DNA of 43,193 nt from Synechococcus sp. TMED19 (lineage in GTDB: Bacteria; Cyanobacteriota; Cyanobacteriia; PCC-6307; Cyanobiaceae): assembly GCA_002168155.1 (NCBI GenBank), contig NHBY01000027.1, forward strand, positions 1-43,193, written 5' to 3'. The notes under the pieces are model-generated. The model was not told the origin of the DNA. It did not search any database and was given only the letters and a program-made list of their open reading frames with translations. Within the stretch, counting starts at the first letter, position 1. Every line of letters begins with the position of its first letter. This document shows positions 9,408 to 22,260 of this stretch, in pieces. The position numbers and the translations under genes were made by a program.

Positions 9408-11222
9408 ATGCGCAGCCACTCCTGCGGCGACCTGCGCACCGACGCCATCGATTCGACCGTGCTGCTCAGCGGCTGGGTCGATCGGCGCCGGGACCACGGC
9501 GGTGTGATCTTCATCGACCTAAGGGACCGCAGCGGCACCGTGCAAGTGACCGTGGACCCGGATCTGGGCCCTGAGGCCTTTGCTGTGGCCGAGCACCTGC
9601 GCAACGAGACCGTGCTGCAGGTCGAGGGGCGCGTGCGGGCCCGCCCCGAGGAATCTCTCAATGAACGCCTGGCCACCGGTGAAGTGGAGGTATTGGCCCA
9701 AAAGCTGAGCGTGCTCAATGCTCCCAGCCGCAATCTTCCGTTTGCCGTCTCGGTGCACGACGACGAGCAGGTGCGTGAAGAGCTGCGTCTCCGTTATCGC
9801 TACCTGGACCTACGGCGCGAACGCATGCGCCGCAACCTCACCCTGCGCCACCAGACGGTCCAGACCGCACGCCGCTTCCTGGAAGACGAGGGCTTCATCG
9901 AAGTGGAGACCCCGGTGCTGACCCGCTCCACTCCCGAAGGAGCCCGCGATTACTTGGTCCCTTCCCGCGTCTGCGGTGGCGAATGGTTCGCCCTGCCCCA
10001 ATCACCCCAGCTGTTCAAGCAGCTGCTGATGGTGGGAGGCCTAGAGCGTTACTACCAAGTGGCTCGCTGCTTCCGTGATGAGGACCTACGGGCCGATCGC
10101 CAGCCGGAGTTCACGCAGCTCGACATGGAGATGAGCTTCCTGGACCAGGAACAGATTCTCGAGTTGAACGAACGATTGATCGCCCGCATCTGGAAGGTGG
10201 TCAAGGGGGTAGAGCTTCCGCTGCCTTTCCCGCGGATGACCTGGCACGAGGCGATGGAGCGTTACGGCACAGACCGCCCCGATACCCGCTACGGCATGGA
10301 ACTGGTAGGGGTCAGCGACATCGTCGCCGACATGGGCTTCAAGGTGTTCTCCGGTGCCGTGGCCTCCGGTGGTTCGGTGAAGTGTCTCGCGGTGCCGGGA
10401 GGCAACGAGAAAGTGAGCAACGTGCGCATCAAGCCAGGCGGCGATGTCTTCAGCGAAGCCCAGAAGGCCGGCGCTGGTGGCCTGGCCTTCATCCGCGTGC
10501 GAGAAGACGGCGAGATCGACACCATCGGGGCAATTAAGGACAATCTCAGCGACGAGAAGAAAGCTGAGCTGCTGGCACGAACCGGCGCCGAACCAGGCAC
10601 CTTGATCCTGTTCGGGGCGGGAGACACCCCTACGGTCAATAAGGCGCTCGATCGGGTGCGCCAGTACCTGGCCAAAGAACTGGAACTGGTACCGACAGAG
10701 GCCTGGAACTTCCTCTGGGTGGTGGATTTCCCGATGTTCGAATTCAACGCTGACGAGAACCGCCTCGAAGCGCTGCACCATCCCTTCTGTGCTGCCAACA
10801 GCGAGGACTTAGGCAGCGACCCCAAACAGTGGGCCGAGACACTGCCCACCGCTCGGGCCCAGGCCTACGACCTGGTACTCAACGGACTGGAACTGGGGGG
10901 TGGTTCGCTTCGCATTCACGATGCGGCACTGCAGCAGCAGGTGCTCAAGACCATCGGCCTGCCGGAGGAGGAGGCCCAGGAGCAGTTCGGCTTCCTGCTG
11001 GAAGCGCTGGAGATGGGGGCACCACCCCATGGCGGAATTGCCTTCGGCCTGGACCGGATCGTGATGCTGCTGGCCGGCGAGGATTCAATCCGCGACACGA
11101 TTGCCTTCCCGAAAACCCAGCAGGCTCGTTGCCTGATGACCGCAGCGCCAGGTGGCGCCAGCGAAAGGCAGCTTGAGGAATTGCACGTGGCCAGCACCTG
11201 GGTGGAACCGGAAGAAAACTGA
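9408..11222 (+). CDS. aspS: aspartate--tRNA ligase
   Basis: [10 protein letters not shown]...[37 protein letters not shown] (class II motif 2 region), GGGSLRIH, and GLDRIVMLL (motif 3). The ATG at 9408 is preferred over the TTG at 9393. Confidence 0.95.
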   Translation: MRSHSCGDLRTDAIDSTVLLSGWVDRRRDHGGVIFIDLRDRSGTVQVTVDPDLGPEAFAVAEHLRNETVLQVEGRVRARPEESLNERLATGEVEVLAQKLSVLNAPSRNLPFAVSVHDDEQVREELRLRYRYLDLRRERMRRNLTLRHQTVQTARRFLEDEGFIEVETPVLTRSTPEGARDYLVPSRVCGGEWFALPQSPQLFKQLLMVGGLERYYQVARCFRDEDLRADRQPEFTQLDMEMSFLDQEQILELNERLIARIWKVVKGVELPLPFPRMTWHEAMERYGTDRPDTRYGMELVGVSDIVADMGFKVFSGAVASGGSVKCLAVPGGNEKVSNVRIKPGGDVFSEAQKAGAGGLAFIRVREDGEIDTIGAIKDNLSDEKKAELLARTGAEPGTLILFGAGDTPTVNKALDRVRQYLAKELELVPTEAWNFLWVVDFPMFEFNADENRLEALHHPFCAANSEDLGSDPKQWAETLPTARAQAYDLVLNGLELGGGSLRIHDAALQQQVLKTIGLPEEEAQEQFGFLLEALEMGAPPHGGIAFGLDRIVMLLAGEDSIRDTIAFPKTQQARCLMTAAPGGASERQLEELHVASTWVEPEEN

Positions 11223-11282
11223 ATCGAAATTTTCCTCGTGTCGCAGATAAGACCAAGGTGAGACTGTTCCCGAGGAACTGCC

Positions 11283-12395
11283 TTGCCACAGCGTCAGGCC
11301 GCCACAACTCGCCGCTCCACCGCGGATCTGGTGCGCCTGTACCTGCAGGACATTGGCCGGGTGGATCTACTCAGTCATGAAGAGGAGCTGACCCTGGCCC
11401 GGTTGGTGCAGCGCCGAGAAGACCTTCTCAATCAGCGTCACAACCTGGCCGCCATCAACAGTGATCTGGCCCGGCTGGAACACCTAGAAGAACAACGCCA
11501 GCGAGAGTCATCCCGACTGGGACACCAACCCTCCCAGGGGCAATGGGCCCATTCCTGTGACCTGAGCCCAATTGAGCTTCGCCAACAGGTGCAGCAGGGC
11601 AACGAGACCTGGGCCGATCTGCTGGAGATGAGCTCCGGGGACCTGCAGCGCCAACTGCACCAGGGGCGGCGCGCCAAGGAACGCATGATCCAGGCGAACC
11701 TGAGACTGGTGGTGGCGGTGGCCAAGAAATATCAGAACCGCGGCATGGAGCTGCTGGATCTGGTGCAGGAGGGCACCCTCGGCCTGGAGCGCGGCGTCGA
11801 GAAATACGACCCCAAGCGCGGCTTCCGCTTCAGCACCTACGCCTATTGGTGGATCCGGCAGGGCATCACCCGGGCGATCGCAACGCAGAGCCGGACCATC
11901 CGTCTGCCGGTTCACATCACCGAGAAGCTGAACCGAATCAAGAAGGCCCAACGGGAAATCGCTGGTCGACTTGGCCGCACCGCAACGCTCAAAGACCTCT
12001 CAACTGAGCTCAACTTGCCCGAGGAGGTCGTACGCCAGACCTTGATGCGCGTACCGCGCTCGGTCTCGCTCGACACCCGCGTCGGCCGCGACATGGACAC
12101 CGAGCTTGGGGATCTGCTGGAGGACGGCATGCCCACCCCTGAGCAACGGCTCACCCGCGAGAAGCTGCATGACGATCTGCTCGGCCTGCTGGGAGAACTG
12201 AGCGGCAGGGAAGCCCGGGTGATCCGTCTCCGCTTTGGCCTAGATGATGACAACCCCCAGACCCTGGCAGAGATTGGCAAGTGCCTGGATCTCTCACGCG
12301 AGCGCGTGCGACAGATTGAATCACGCGCACTGCACAAACTGCGTCTGCCGGAACGCCGCGGACGCGTCAAGGACTATCTGGAGGATCTCGATTGA
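11283..12395 (+). CDS. RNA polymerase sigma factor, sigma-70 (RpoD) family, group-2-like
   Basis: DLVRLYLQDIGR, region 2 (NLRLVVAVAKKY..RGMELLDLVQEGTLGLERGVEKYDP.RGFRFSTYAYWWIRQGITRAI) and region 4.2 (TLAEIGKCLDLSRERVRQIESRALHKLR). TTG start. Confidence 0.9.
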   Translation: MPQRQAATTRRSTADLVRLYLQDIGRVDLLSHEEELTLARLVQRREDLLNQRHNLAAINSDLARLEHLEEQRQRESSRLGHQPSQGQWAHSCDLSPIELRQQVQQGNETWADLLEMSSGDLQRQLHQGRRAKERMIQANLRLVVAVAKKYQNRGMELLDLVQEGTLGLERGVEKYDPKRGFRFSTYAYWWIRQGITRAIATQSRTIRLPVHITEKLNRIKKAQREIAGRLGRTATLKDLSTELNLPEEVVRQTLMRVPRSVSLDTRVGRDMDTELGDLLEDGMPTPEQRLTREKLHDDLLGLLGELSGREARVIRLRFGLDDDNPQTLAEIGKCLDLSRERVRQIESRALHKLRLPERRGRVKDYLEDLD

Positions 12396-12443
12396 GACCC
12401 CCAGCTGCCCACGCCTAACCGCCTGTCAGAAAAACTCGGATTC

Positions 12444-12929
12444 ATGGCTCATCTCGCGCCTCCCATCGACATCGGCATTCCCGCCAACCAACGGCTGGAG
12501 ATCGCTGAAGGACTCGGCCGCTTGCTCGCTGACAGCTACGTCCTATATGGCAAAACCCACGGGTTTCACTGGAACGTGACCGGGGCGATGTTCACATCGC
12601 TGCACGCCATGTTCATGACGCAATACACCGAGCTCTGGAATGCGCTCGATGAGATCGCAGAACGCATCCGCGCCCTAGGGGTTGTGGCACCCATGGGCGG
12701 CCGCCGTTATGCCGAACTCTCCAGCATCGAAGAAACCACCGAAGCACCGGAAGCCCTGACGATGGTGGCCGAACTGGTCAAAGGGCATGAGGCCGTGGCA
12801 CGCACGGCTCGCGGCGTTCTGCCTCTGGCCGAAGCCGCGGGTGATGGCCCCACTGCTGACCTGCTCAACGCCCGCCTGCAGATCCACGAAAAAACAGCCT
12901 GGATGCTGCGCGCAATTCTTGAGAGCTGA
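12444..12929 (+). CDS. dps: Dps family DNA-binding ferritin-like protein
   Basis: LLADSYVLYGKTHGFHWNVTG..F..LH..F..QY.EL....DEIAERIRALG is a typical Dps ferroxidase-centre region. Confidence 0.9.
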   Translation: MAHLAPPIDIGIPANQRLEIAEGLGRLLADSYVLYGKTHGFHWNVTGAMFTSLHAMFMTQYTELWNALDEIAERIRALGVVAPMGGRRYAELSSIEETTEAPEALTMVAELVKGHEAVARTARGVLPLAEAAGDGPTADLLNARLQIHEKTAWMLRAILES

Positions 12930-15984
<3,055 letters not shown>

Positions 15985-15993
15985 TTCAGTGAG

Positions 15994-16674
15994 ATGACTT
16001 CAGCTGCTTCCAACACCGCTATCGCCCTGCTTTCCGGCGGGCTTGATTCCGCTACCGCCGCCGCTCTGGCTCTAGAGGCCGGGAAGCGAGTGATCGGCCT
16101 TTCCTTCGATTACGGCCAGCGACATCGACGCGAGCTCCAAGCCGCTGCCACCGTGGCCAAGGCCCTAGGACTCGCTGAGCACGAAACTATCAGCGTCAAC
16201 CTTGCGGCCTGGGGAGGATCTTCCCTAACCGACCTAACCCAGTCAGTGCCGAATCAAGGGGTAGAGGCAGGAGTGATTCCGAGCACCTATGTACCGGGTC
16301 GAAACACCGTCTTCATTGCGCTGGGACTAAGCCTGGCGGAAGCCAAGGGAGCCGATCAGCTGGTGCTGGGTGTCAACGCCGTGGATTATTCCGGCTATCC
16401 GGACTGCCGCCCGGATTATCTAGAAGCCTTCCAGACCCTGGCAGATCTGGCCAGTCGCAGTGGCCGCGAAGGCCACGGCACCCGCTTATGGGCACCTCTA
16501 GTGGAGTGGAGCAAGACACGGATCGTTCAAGAGGCCCTGCGGCTGGGGGTACCAATTGAACAGACATGGAGCTGCTATGCCGGCGGTGAGATTCCCTGCG
16601 GCGTTTGTGACAGCTGCCGCATCCGCGACGCCGCCCTACGGGAAGCCGGCCGCCCAGATCTCGCCAGCCGATGA
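15994..16674 (+). CDS. queC: 7-cyano-7-deazaguanine synthase
   Basis: [13 protein letters not shown] (PP-loop SGGxDS), FDYGQRH, VPGRN, and the C-terminal zinc cluster [10 protein letters not shown]. Confidence 0.93.
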   Translation: MTSAASNTAIALLSGGLDSATAAALALEAGKRVIGLSFDYGQRHRRELQAAATVAKALGLAEHETISVNLAAWGGSSLTDLTQSVPNQGVEAGVIPSTYVPGRNTVFIALGLSLAEAKGADQLVLGVNAVDYSGYPDCRPDYLEAFQTLADLASRSGREGHGTRLWAPLVEWSKTRIVQEALRLGVPIEQTWSCYAGGEIPCGVCDSCRIRDAALREAGRPDLASR

Positions 16675-17960
16675 ACTCGCTGCCCTGGTGGGACCCACCC
16701 GTGCTGGCGACCCTGCTGGCCCAGCACTACGGCAAACAGGGACTGGTCTGGCTCGATGGAGATGCCAGCAACCTTGGCCGCCATGCCGTGCTGGCCGCCG
16801 GGCCGGAGAAGGTACTGCGGTGCGACGGCCTGCTTGGTGATCCAGGGGCCGCTGACCCGTTCGAAGCCCTATCTGCTGCCTTTGCCGGCAAGTCGGGGCA
16901 CTGGCTGGGCTGGCTCAGCTATGAAGCCGGCGCATGGGTGGAACCTGCCGAGCACTGGCAAACGCCCCAGATGGCCGTGCTTTGGGCGGCTCGCTATTCG
17001 GTGGTGATTGAACTGGATTTGCAGCTTCAGCAACTTCAGTTACTAGGCGAGGGCCCGCGACACACTGAGCTCACGTGCCTGCTGCAAGAACCGGCACCCC
17101 TGATCCATCCAGTGAAGACCTCAATCCAGCCAGAGGCATGGCACTGGCTCAGCGGGCGCGACCGGTACGAACAGCAGGTACAAAAGGTGCGTACATGGAT
17201 CGCCAGCGGAGATCTGTTCCAGGCCAACCTCACTGACTGTGCTGAGCAGACCCTGAGTCAGCCAGCAGATCCGCTAGCTCTTTACCAGCAGTGGAGACAG
17301 TGCTGCCCGGCGCCCTTTGGCGGCGTCATGCTTGCCAGCAGCCACGAAGCAGTACTGAGCGCCTCGCCCGAACGTTTTCTACAAGTGGATGCGCAGGGGG
17401 TGGTGGAAACCCGACCGATCAAGGGGACCCGTCCGCGCCACAGCAATCCAGAGCTTGATGCTGATGCCGCAGCTGAACTGGTTACTAGCCCAAAAGACCG
17501 AGCAGAGAACGTGATGATCGTCGATCTGATGCGCAACGACCTGGGGCGGGTCTGCGCTACCGGCAGTATCAACGTGCCGCAGCTGGTGGGGTTAGAGAGC
17601 TACCCACAAGTACATCACCTCACTTCGGTGGTGACTGGAGTTCTGCAACACCCCATGGACACCGCAGGCCTGCTGCGAGCCTGCTGGCCGGGAGGGTCCA
17701 TCACTGGTGCGCCCAAGATCAGGGCTTGTCAGCGACTCAGCAGCCTTGAGCGCATCCCACGAGGCCCCTACTGCGGCAGTTTTTTTCACCGGCGGCCTGA
17801 CGGGCGCTTTGATAGCAACATCTTGATACGCAGCTTGCTGATGCTTGGCACCCGCTTGCGGGTCCATGGGGGCTGCGGGATCGTGGCGGACTCTGACCCA
17901 CATCTCGAGGCCGACGAACTCGGATGGAAAGTGCAGCCCCTGCTTGATGCCCTTGCCTAA
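16671..17960 (+). CDS. pabB: aminodeoxychorismate synthase component I (anthranilate synthase component I family)
   Basis: [46 protein letters not shown], and RGPYCGS are chorismate-binding enzyme motifs. The ATGA start overlaps the queC stop. Confidence 0.85.
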   Translation: MNSLPWWDPPVLATLLAQHYGKQGLVWLDGDASNLGRHAVLAAGPEKVLRCDGLLGDPGAADPFEALSAAFAGKSGHWLGWLSYEAGAWVEPAEHWQTPQMAVLWAARYSVVIELDLQLQQLQLLGEGPRHTELTCLLQEPAPLIHPVKTSIQPEAWHWLSGRDRYEQQVQKVRTWIASGDLFQANLTDCAEQTLSQPADPLALYQQWRQCCPAPFGGVMLASSHEAVLSASPERFLQVDAQGVVETRPIKGTRPRHSNPELDADAAAELVTSPKDRAENVMIVDLMRNDLGRVCATGSINVPQLVGLESYPQVHHLTSVVTGVLQHPMDTAGLLRACWPGGSITGAPKIRACQRLSSLERIPRGPYCGSFFHRRPDGRFDSNILIRSLLMLGTRLRVHGGCGIVADSDPHLEADELGWKVQPLLDALA

Positions 17961-18762
17961 GTCCGCTCCACCTGTGGAGGCCATTGCCTGGTGTGAAAGC
18001 CAGTGGGGCCACCCAGATGAGGTTGCCCTACCTCTGAGTGATCGCGGTCTAGCCCTAGGCGATGGTGTCTTTGAAACCGTGCTAATCCGACAGGGCACAC
18101 CGCAGCTGTTGCGCGAGCACCTACAACGCTGGCTGATGAGCGCAAAACTTCTGGAGTTGCCACCACCTCCAGGCGAAGCAGCCGTTCAAGCGTGGCTAAG
18201 CGAAGCGATAGCCCGCAGCGGCATTAAAGATGGTGCCCTGCGCATCAACTGGAGCAGAGGCAGCAGCAACCGAGGCTTAATCCCCCCCCGCACACCAATA
18301 GGGCGTTGTTGGGGAACCTTTCATATGCACCACCCCAGGTTTCAGCCCACCAAGGTAATCATCAGCAAACAGGTGCGACGCTGGAGCGACGATCCGTTGG
18401 CAAGTTGCAAAAGCCTGAACTACGGCGCACAGGTCTTGGCGAGAAGCGAGGCCTTACGCCAAGGGGCTGACGATGCACTGCTACTCAACACTGAGGGGGA
18501 GCTTTGCTGTGGGAGCAGCGCCAACTTGCTTGTCCAACGCTCTGGCCAATGGCTGACACCTCCAATCCGGAGCGGCTGTCTACCCGGGGTGATGCGAGCC
18601 CAAGGGCTAGAGCTCAACGTAATTAAAGAAGAGGCCCTCAGTTCGTCACTGAGGGAGGACGAGCCGGCCGTGCTGCTCAACAGCCTTGATTGCCGTCCCC
18701 TGAATAACCAAGCAAAACTTCTATCAAGAAGACTCTTTGAACAGCTATTACGTTCAGCATGA
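17947..18762 (+). CDS. pabC: aminodeoxychorismate lyase / class IV aminotransferase family
   Basis: DRGLALGDGVFETV, CKSLNYG, and TPP...GCLPGVMR are typical of fold-type IV PLP enzymes. The ATG at 17947 overlaps the pabB end by 14 nt. The track ORF starts at 17845, but that part lies inside pabB. Confidence 0.8.
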   Translation: MPLPKSAPPVEAIAWCESQWGHPDEVALPLSDRGLALGDGVFETVLIRQGTPQLLREHLQRWLMSAKLLELPPPPGEAAVQAWLSEAIARSGIKDGALRINWSRGSSNRGLIPPRTPIGRCWGTFHMHHPRFQPTKVIISKQVRRWSDDPLASCKSLNYGAQVLARSEALRQGADDALLLNTEGELCCGSSANLLVQRSGQWLTPPIRSGCLPGVMRAQGLELNVIKEEALSSSLREDEPAVLLNSLDCRPLNNQAKLLSRRLFEQLLRSA

Positions 18763-19236
18763 ACCGCAAGAAAAGGGGCGGTGCCAAAAGATTTTTAAGA
18801 TTATGTCCTAAATCAGCATTTCGTGATCGTTGGCACTGTTTAACCGGGGACGACGTGGCTTGATGGCAAGTAACTTCTAAACCCCCAATGCCATTACTGA
18901 ACTGCACCTATCGAAATAGCCTAAAAAGAATGATAATCGTACGATGCTTTGCAAGTGGAGGCTTCTACCTGGAGCGAGTAGTTTTCCCTTTCGAGATTCT
19001 CAATTTCCAGGCACCCGAGAATACCGAAGTTGAGGTGTGGTCCCACGGACTGGGGAGCCCAGAACTAGTTTGTGCAATGGCTATCGACGACTTAAAGAGT
19101 GAATCACCTGAAGCCCAATCTCCACTTGAGCTGGTCAATCAGTAAGAATCATAAGAACATAAGCGCGAAAAAGCCAGGACACACTTACTCCATCCAAAAG
19201 AAGAAGCCAGGGCCAAATGCTTTAAACAACTATCAC

Positions 19237-19485
19237 TTACTTTGCGTAATGGACCCCGCGATATGTCAGATGATGCTGAGAACATGATTCCATTTCTACG
19301 CCAATCAAAGCAGCTGTTTTGGTTGAGCGAATAAAACCTTCAGGGAGGCACAGCTCATCGGCGCTTGCGATAGCCACTTGGCGCGCTTGATAAACCGATC
19401 GCCTGTAGGTCAATTTCTCTTGGGACTTAGGAGCTAGTTCAGTACGAGGCTCGTATTGATGGCCCCGGAAAATCAGAGTGGTCAT
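19237..19485 (-). CDS. DUF4278 domain protein
   Basis: The ATG at 19485 gives MTTLIFRGHQYE..., the cyanobacterial DUF4278 signature (xLxYRGxxY). The motif recurs as KLTYRRSVYQ and at the C-terminus as HLTYRGVHYAK. Confidence 0.6.
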   Translation of the reverse strand: MTTLIFRGHQYEPRTELAPKSQEKLTYRRSVYQARQVAIASADELCLPEGFIRSTKTAALIGVEMESCSQHHLTYRGVHYAK

Positions 19486-19713
19486 GGTGGTTCTACGAGT
19501 CAGCCCAGGTCCCCGTTCCATGGCCTGGAGTGAAGTGCGCCTTGCAAGCAAGGTGAACGCTTTCAGTAGCGACCGCTACAGACAAATCGTGGCAAAAAGC
19601 AAGGACCAATAGGCGTTCACGCCATCACAGACTACAGATTTCTTTACAAGGAAGCCTTGGGCACGAGAGTCCAGGCTTCGGGAACTAGAACTCTTTACGA
19701 CGTCCCGGCTTCA

Positions 19714-20265
19714 ATGAATTCAAACCAAGCGCTCGCCGCCGCTCTGCTGAGCGCAACCGTGTTGCTTTGCGGTTGCAGCTCTAATCACAAAAAAGAAACA
19801 GCAGCACACAAAGCAGACATTGGAGATGTCCTCGTGATCGCTGAGAACACCCATGTGGTTTTGAGAAAACCGTTCAAACCTGGCACTCCAAACGGCCTGT
19901 ACGACGGAGCAGTCACAGAGATATCAGAGTCTGGAGAGGAGCTTCATTTCGAAGTGAATGCCGTCTGCAGCATGCCCGACCTACCTGGCTGGCCGGAATA
20001 TGACAATATCTACGGAAAAGAAATAGGGGACCCTTCGGAAGCTGGTGAAACGGGTGGTCAGACGCAGTGGCAAACACTCCTGTACTTCAACGGAACCGTG
20101 TCAAACGATGGGCCCGAGAAAAGTCCAGAGTGGGCAACACGACTAGCGCAAAACCTTTGCCGCAAAGGGGACTTTAATGACGGAAGCAGCAATGGCAACA
20201 AACATCAGGAGCTAACCCTTGATGGCCCAAGCCTAGATGTAAACCGCAAAGCAGCAAAGCAATAA
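19714..20265 (+). CDS. hypothetical lipoprotein
   Basis: The ATG at 19714 gives MNSNQALAAALLSATVLLCGCSSN, a signal peptide with lipobox L-L-C-G-C. The remainder is hydrophilic with no recognised domain. Same strand as fmdA and directly upstream of it. Confidence 0.6.
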   Translation: MNSNQALAAALLSATVLLCGCSSNHKKETAAHKADIGDVLVIAENTHVVLRKPFKPGTPNGLYDGAVTEISESGEELHFEVNAVCSMPDLPGWPEYDNIYGKEIGDPSEAGETGGQTQWQTLLYFNGTVSNDGPEKSPEWATRLAQNLCRKGDFNDGSSNGNKHQELTLDGPSLDVNRKAAKQ

Positions 20266-20521
20266 AAGTCAAATCCAATACACCAGCAGACAAGCCAGCG
20301 GGTCAAAATGAGAATGGTAATCGTTCTATTCGGGAGGAAGATTTTATGAGTTGAGCGCTGACGTCAGGCAGAGATAACTGGCTTCCCACTAACACCTTTT
20401 GCCAAAAACTTCAGTCGCAAGATTTACAGAATCCTGCGAAGAGTATTCTTGTCAACTTGTATTCGATAAGACAGTTTGATCGGCCAAAGTCGATTGAATG
20501 GATACAGGTTGAGTTTTTTCA

Positions 20522-21727
20522 ATGCCGAAGACTCTGTTCAAGGTTGATCTGACAAAGCCAATGGATCAACAGGAAATGCCTGGGCATAACCGTTGGCATC
20601 CAGATATCCCTGCAGTTGCCTCTGTAAACCCTGGAGATTCCTTTCGGATTGAGTGTAAAGACTGGACAGATGGTCAGATTAAAGACAATGACAATCCTCA
20701 AGACATCGCCAACGTCAATCTAGAAGTTGTCCATGTCCTCAGTGGGCCAATTTGGGTTAATGGTGCACAACCTGGAGACATCCTCGTTGTTGACATTCTT
20801 GAAGTCGGAGCTTTACAAGGTGATGAATGGGGCTTTACAGGAATTTTTGCTAAAGAAAATGGTGGTGGGTTCTTAACTGACCACTTTCCCCAAGCAGCTA
20901 AAGCTATATGGGATCTCAATGGTATTTATACATCCTCACGACATATCCCAGGTGTTCGCTTTGCAGGAATCACGCACCCAGGACTGATCGGCTGCGCACC
21001 ATCACATGAACTGTTGAAGGAATGGAATCGCCGTGAGACCGAACTTGTTAACACCGCCCCTGACCGGCGCACCTACGGGGCTGGCCTATCAGGTAGCGAG
21101 CCGGTACTAGCCGCATTACCAAATCCCAACAGTGCCATTCTGGGCAATGTCGCCCAGGAAGATTTCGACCGTATTGCAAATGAAGCAGCCAGAACGGTAC
21201 CTCCACGTGAGCACGGAGGAAACTGCGACATTAAGAATCTAACAAAAGGAACACGTATTTATTTTCCAGTCTATGTAGAAGGCGGAAAGTTATCAATGGG
21301 GGACATCCACTTTTCACAAGGGGATGGAGAGATTTCATTCTGTGGAGCCATTGAGATGTCTGGCTATCTAGATCTACATGTTGACATCATAAAGGGGGGA
21401 ATGGAGAAGTATGGAATGGTCAATCCTATGTTTAAAACCAGCCCCGTAGAGCCACATTACAGTGACTATCTAGTTTTTGAAGGCATTTCTGTAGACGAGT
21501 TTGAAGGGAAGCAATACTATATGGATGTCCATATCGCGTATCGAAGGGCATGCCTAAATGCAATTGAATACCTAAAGAGGTTTGGCTTTACTGGTGAACA
21601 AGCCTATCTGTTGTTGAGCTGTGCACCAGTAGAAGGTCGAATCAGTGGGATTGTCGACATTCCCAACGCTTGCTGCACACTGGCACTACCAACAGCCATT
21701 TTTGATCAAGATATTTTGCCATGCTAG
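20522..21727 (+). CDS. fmdA: formamidase, acetamidase/formamidase (FmdA/AmdA) family
   Basis: 401 aa. HNRWHPDIP, PGD.F.IEC.DWT.GQI, VH.LSGPI.V.GA.PGD.LVVDIL, WGFTGIFAKENGGGFLTDHFP and HPGLIGCAPS are colinear with my memory of Methylophilus methylotrophus FmdA. Confidence 0.88.
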   Translation: MPKTLFKVDLTKPMDQQEMPGHNRWHPDIPAVASVNPGDSFRIECKDWTDGQIKDNDNPQDIANVNLEVVHVLSGPIWVNGAQPGDILVVDILEVGALQGDEWGFTGIFAKENGGGFLTDHFPQAAKAIWDLNGIYTSSRHIPGVRFAGITHPGLIGCAPSHELLKEWNRRETELVNTAPDRRTYGAGLSGSEPVLAALPNPNSAILGNVAQEDFDRIANEAARTVPPREHGGNCDIKNLTKGTRIYFPVYVEGGKLSMGDIHFSQGDGEISFCGAIEMSGYLDLHVDIIKGGMEKYGMVNPMFKTSPVEPHYSDYLVFEGISVDEFEGKQYYMDVHIAYRRACLNAIEYLKRFGFTGEQAYLLLSCAPVEGRISGIVDIPNACCTLALPTAIFDQDILPC

Positions 21728-21784
21728 CCGCCATTAAGCACAATTCCAAGAATTACCCATTCCACCAATTAAATCTCAATCAGT

Positions 21785-22066
21785 ATGCCCATCTACGAAT
21801 ACATCTGCAGCCAGAATGACTGTGGACAATATGAGGTTTGGAGAAGCATTGACTCTCGGGATGTCAACACAGAATGTCCCAGTTGCGGGGAGAAGGGAAA
21901 GCGCATTTATTCAGCTCCAATGACTCTAACTGGCAAATTTCGGCTAAAAGTGGAATCTAAAGAGCCCAAGTTAGTGAAAAAGAGTCAGGTTCAAGATAGG
22001 AACGAAGCAAAACCCAGATTACGAGCAAGTCCAGACAGACCATGGATGCTCAACCGCGGATGCTAG
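21785..22066 (+). CDS. fmdB: FmdB-family zinc-ribbon putative regulatory protein
   Basis: The N-terminus MPIYEYICSQNDCGQYEVW....ECPSCG is the FmdB-type zinc-ribbon signature. It sits immediately after fmdA, as in characterised fmdAB loci. Confidence 0.75.
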   Translation: MPIYEYICSQNDCGQYEVWRSIDSRDVNTECPSCGEKGKRIYSAPMTLTGKFRLKVESKEPKLVKKSQVQDRNEAKPRLRASPDRPWMLNRGC

Positions 22067-22260
22067 TGAATAAACGGTAACAGGCATATCAAATCAATCA
22101 AGCTTCTTGTGCAATATACGCAGATAGTAAACTGCTGAGCTTGCATATATCGATTGATACAGACTTGATAAACACCAGAAAATGGAAACTTTAATGGTTG
22201 CTATCGATACAGGCACAATATTGGATGGGTGAACAATGGAAAAGGTTCTCATTCTCGCCA

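Noticed and set aside
3275-11307. Many long ORFs antisense to, or out of frame with, recognised genes. Examples: 3275..3976 -, 3441..4088 +, 8073..8546 -, 10086..10781 -, 10289..10849 -, 10945..11307 -. Elsewhere: 34116..35087 -, 34235..34942 -, 13026..13697 +, 13652..14101 -.
   Set aside because: They lie inside strongly supported genes (gcvT, aspS, ureC, SDR, pyrG). Their translations are Arg/Pro/Ala/Gly-rich and low in complexity, and they have no motifs. This is the expected stop-codon paucity of 60-70% GC DNA.
18282-18289. C8 homopolymer inside pabC, a possible slipped-strand switch.
   Set aside because: It encodes an in-frame Pro-Pro-Arg stretch (IPPRTP) in a housekeeping gene. Nothing suggests phase variation, and the run is most likely incidental.
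18888-19145. 85-aa ORF at the left edge of the low-GC block.
   Set aside because: It has no motif and no good start context. An alternative 57-aa minus-strand frame is equally unconvincing. It could be a real orphan gene, but the sequence alone does not support that.
20266-20521. NtcA sites upstream of fmdA, and at 22147..22160 upstream of amiF.
   Set aside because: Only degenerate versions are present:
- GTCN8TAC at 20266 and 20412;
- GTAN8AAC at 20441;
- GTAN8GAC at 20457;
- ATAN8TAC at 22147.

None has a TAN3T hexamer at canonical spacing. GT-N10-AC occurs too often by chance to be informative.
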